Source: a virus
Lineage: Duplodnaviria > Caudoviricetes
Length of the DNA stretch: 54,581 bases
Reading direction: 5' to 3' (one strand)
IMG/VR virus record: IMGVR_UViG_3300001765_000047
Location: 1 to 54,581 of that record
Shown: in pieces, positions 52,801 to 54,581 of the stretch
Layout of the letters: each line of letters opens with the position of its first letter
Numbering within the stretch: position 1 is the first letter of the stretch
Program-made: the position numbers and the translations under genes
Notes under the pieces: generated by a model
What the model saw: the letters and a program-made list of their open reading frames with translations, nothing else
The model's database searches: none
Told to the model about the DNA's origin: nothing

Positions 52801-54581
52801 TTGTGGTACAGGTGCGCAGAGGCGACCACCACAGCAGGCGCGGCAGCCTTGGCATTCTGCGCGCCAAGCCAGTCCTGGAACAGTTTCAGTTTGTGCGGCC
52901 CGTAGAAGGAGATGGCCGACGCAACCTCCATTTTCTCGTCCGGGGGCAGCGCATTGAATGCTGCGATTGTGGAAGGCTCAAGCCACTCATCAATGGATTT
53001 ACCTTGGGCAACTGGTTTTCCGTGAGACACGAAAGAGTGAATGAAGAACGCAACATCATCATTCGTTTTCATGAACTTCTGGTAAGGCGTGTTTTCAGCA
53101 GGCGCAGCAGCCACCGGGTACGCCTTCAGCTTCGCATCAACAAACTTATTCGATAGCGGTAAGAATCCAGCCATATCCAAGGCATGAATAACCTCGTCAT
53201 AAGCCTCCTTGCTGAGTCCAGCGTCAATCAAGTAGGCGCTGGCGATGTCATCAGCCGCATTGTCGTCGTCCGTCCCCATGAGCACCGACTCAAGGCTCTG
53301 GTTCACAGGGGCAGCCGCCGCCAGGCTTGGCGATGCTGGAGCCTGTGGAACAGAGGCAGCGACGGGCGGGGTAATCACAGGCGGGGTAGTCACGAACACC
53401 TTGGCTGGCTGCGCAACCGGCGCATTGGCCGCTTTGGCGTGCGCCTGCGTGACCAGCACGGCCAGCTTGTCGCCGCCGATCTTGTTCTGCACCTCGGCCA
53501 TGATGGCCCCGGCCTTGGCTGGATCGCTGGCCGCCATCGCCCCGAATGCCTTGACCTCGCTTGGAGTCGGAACCTGACCGGCCAGCATGTGCTTTTTCCA
53601 GCCGGATACAGCCGCCGCCTGCGAAGCCGCGCCTTGCAGCGTCTGGTACTTGGCCTGCGCCAGATCAAGCTGCTGAGTCGGGTGCATGGCATCCCAGCCA
53701 GCGCCGTGCTCGGCCTTGAGTTTTTTCAGGGCTTCCTTCTGGTAGAACGACCCACCAGCGAATGCAGCGACAGCGGCCTTGTGGCCTGCGGAGTCGTCCT
53801 GGGCGGCAGCAGGCTGACCCGCCAGCAAGCTGTTGATGTAGTCCTTGACCGACTGCTTGAGTCCAGTAGATGGAAGCAGCAAATCTTGCAGCGTTGACCA
53901 TTGGCCGTCTGCCGCCAGTTTGTCGTAATAATCCTTCAAAGCAGGCACGTCAGGGACAGGCACCAAGATGGGCGGCACTTCGCCATGTTCATCGGCATCA
54001 ACATACTTGTGCCACCGGCCATTCTTGAATACGAGGTTTGACCCATCCGCCCCAGGCTTGGTGTCGCCATCTTTGGGGCCAGCGGCTGCCTTCTTTTCCA
54101 GATACTGAACCCCGGCCTCGGCATAGGCCAGCGCAGCCTTGGCGCTTGCACTGACCGCCCCGGTCAGGTTCTTAACCGCGCTCTTCAGGTCTTGGAGATG
54201 CTCATCAGCGATATAACTCTCAATTTCGAGTATTGCATCCTTGAAAGATGGAGTGTCTGGTTTGAGAGGAACGCCGCTGCTGGTGTATTGGATTTCAATA
54301 GCATCCTTGATGCCAGCCGCCGCCTTGGCTGACTTGATGGCCGCGTCCTCGGTCGGGTAAAACGTCACTGTTGGAACAAACTGACCAGCATCCGTGTCCT
54401 TGAGCGACACGCTGAACTTGCCCGCCATCTTGCCGGTTCCGACGCTTACATACGACTCCAGTCCGTCGCCGGTGAATGTGTGCAGCGGCTTTGCCGTTTT
54501 TGGCGCAGGTGGTGGGGCAGGGATGGGCGCAGCGGCCTCTGGTTGAACGACCGGCTCAGGAACAGCCTGCGCAGGCGCAAC
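49839..54581 (-). CDS. Large polyvalent protein (5' end beyond the window): WGR domain, HipA/PI-kinase-like domain and C-terminal ADP-ribosyltransferase-like domain
   Basis: Frame is open to the right edge (51 codons before track start 54428). WGR: HNKFWSV..YGSIGTKG..KKKKAGY. Kinase-like: GSNPGG..YCKF..NE.LA..DAWLGNWD..DN..VDVGG. ART-like: VISRW..MCCS..LNI..G.KA..QEMEV..G.RF.V. Confidence 0.8.
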   Translation of the reverse strand, partial: VAPAQAVPEPVVQPEAAAPIPAPPPAPKTAKPLHTFTGDGLESYVSVGTGKMAGKFSVSLKDTDAGQFVPTVTFYPTEDAAIKSAKAAAGIKDAIEIQYTSSGVPLKPDTPSFKDAILEIESYIADEHLQDLKSAVKNLTGAVSASAKAALAYAEAGVQYLEKKAAAGPKDGDTKPGADGSNLVFKNGRWHKYVDADEHGEVPPILVPVPDVPALKDYYDKLAADGQWSTLQDLLLPSTGLKQSVKDYINSLLAGQPAAAQDDSAGHKAAVAAFAGGSFYQKEALKKLKAEHGAGWDAMHPTQQLDLAQAKYQTLQGAASQAAAVSGWKKHMLAGQVPTPSEVKAFGAMAASDPAKAGAIMAEVQNKIGGDKLAVLVTQAHAKAANAPVAQPAKVFVTTPPVITPPVAASVPQAPASPSLAAAAPVNQSLESVLMGTDDDNAADDIASAYLIDAGLSKEAYDEVIHALDMAGFLPLSNKFVDAKLKAYPVAAAPAENTPYQKFMKTNDDVAFFIHSFVSHGKPVAQGKSIDEWLEPSTIAAFNALPPDEKMEVASAISFYGPHKLKLFQDWLGAQNAKAAAPAVVVASAHLYHNTEPGHNKFWSVSISGNQMQTKYGSIGTKGSATIKTFGSNVEASKAMADLVSKKKKAGYSFVTGGIDHEYQGGAPAPVAVAPVAQPAPAAAPAAAPASSWVHEQCDIVHGGSPSITLTAPDGHELFVTYSAGNYKVGSTTPNGNPGVYDYFKHPEDAAAQLAILCVDHSALVASPTDKEIAKLSSPVAAAPGPQDGDTKQGVNGDTLVFKNGHWHMQPGPFESVVVPDFEAISPDKFGPLYANVAKELQAAVVTGGLAGLKKHITYHKSGRISIAVTKLNVKLSNIAAVPLSGTPLQKARHAAMHKFVMDLTAAAKQLPKAKKVVFTTAAPASPASTTIKPSQVKSVAGKPPITVIDGWQHTGPQKGSNPGGKFKDSSGQEWYCKFPTDTDVAMNELLAAKFYEMLGVSVPSIKLVEQGGKVGIASKWVDGISKGTASQLAQALGAHHAFALDAWLGNWDVVGMSNDNLMLDKSGAAVHVDVGGALVYRAQGGKKGADFGDTVPELETLLDAKKNPTSAAVFAGMTKDKMSWGLVQLNKMMPSQIEEMCKISGPGSDADKAALAKTLIARRAFILAKFGIVDQWSGAKQTVDESNLPVDVSSLPPLVDYANYYGPGKGLSSSPHFNAANTEALKEMNALAAAGNLTALKKYQFNSVDKVTGASLGKLPITDNLSKTVKNQWVALCDLLASSAKAPALQMLNLPFFGGGTASEVSINAGYFSPGETIKTVSPDKLVGYWLKLGHVGANAIASLIPAKTLYFKQKTENKAISWFNAASANLKGWIGSVLGNGDVHNHYWSAGLTQSAKGVPLNKLTNAAYSEAVEHEEGTVISRWMSMDSAMQSQVEKEGPGLVFQNTDGMCCSIFKNWGDQGHFASKAFLNIRYAEGAKALDSYGTGKYNGKKVDADGHHIWEPNKNQEMEVTTLMGARFVVLGVKKGNSADPNGLTLDLLMLPPHAGFLAEVDALAALGKSLAFVRCDLLKGLSWLN

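Overview
This is a 54.6-kb piece of a large, GC-rich contractile-tailed (myovirus-type) phage or prophage. Almost all genes are on the minus strand and read right to left. The order is: head-cargo 'polyvalent' proteins (a >1580-aa WGR/kinase-like/ADP-ribosyltransferase-like protein cut by the right edge, a Nudix hydrolase, and a 2103-aa pyrophosphatase-like/SNF2 helicase with an intein); prohead protease, scaffold-like protein and major capsid protein; tail completion, sheath, tube, chaperones, tape measure with lytic transglycosylase, hub and spike; an 8-gene fibre cluster; neck proteins and a MuF-like protein; baseplate genes; and a tail fibre cut by the left edge. Capsid, sheath and tube resemble SPO1/Twort (Herelleviridae)-type proteins by my recognition. 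A plus-strand accessory operon (DUF932, HNH, tandem RNA polymerase alpha-CTD protein) with a divergent XRE regulator sits inside the cargo region. No terminase, portal, integrase, CRISPR or complete tRNA is visible. Main observations: (1) the intein's HNH/NUMOD3 endonuclease is encoded on the opposite strand while the intein frame stays open; (2) a strand-specific GTCGTGAC-NN-hexamer-N6 late-promoter motif lies exactly 14 nt before the ATG of six genes with no strong, properly spaced Shine-Dalgarno, and a variant drives a nonsense-interrupted GIY-YIG gene; (3) a shared 'KSH..(F/Y)T(R/K).(D/N)G.VV' N-terminal tag, twice duplicated together with its promoter, sits on unrelated proteins and suggests a modular capsid-loading system; (4) an ART-like domain, a Nudix and a double alpha-CTD protein lie side by side. 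All family assignments are by eye; no database was searched.
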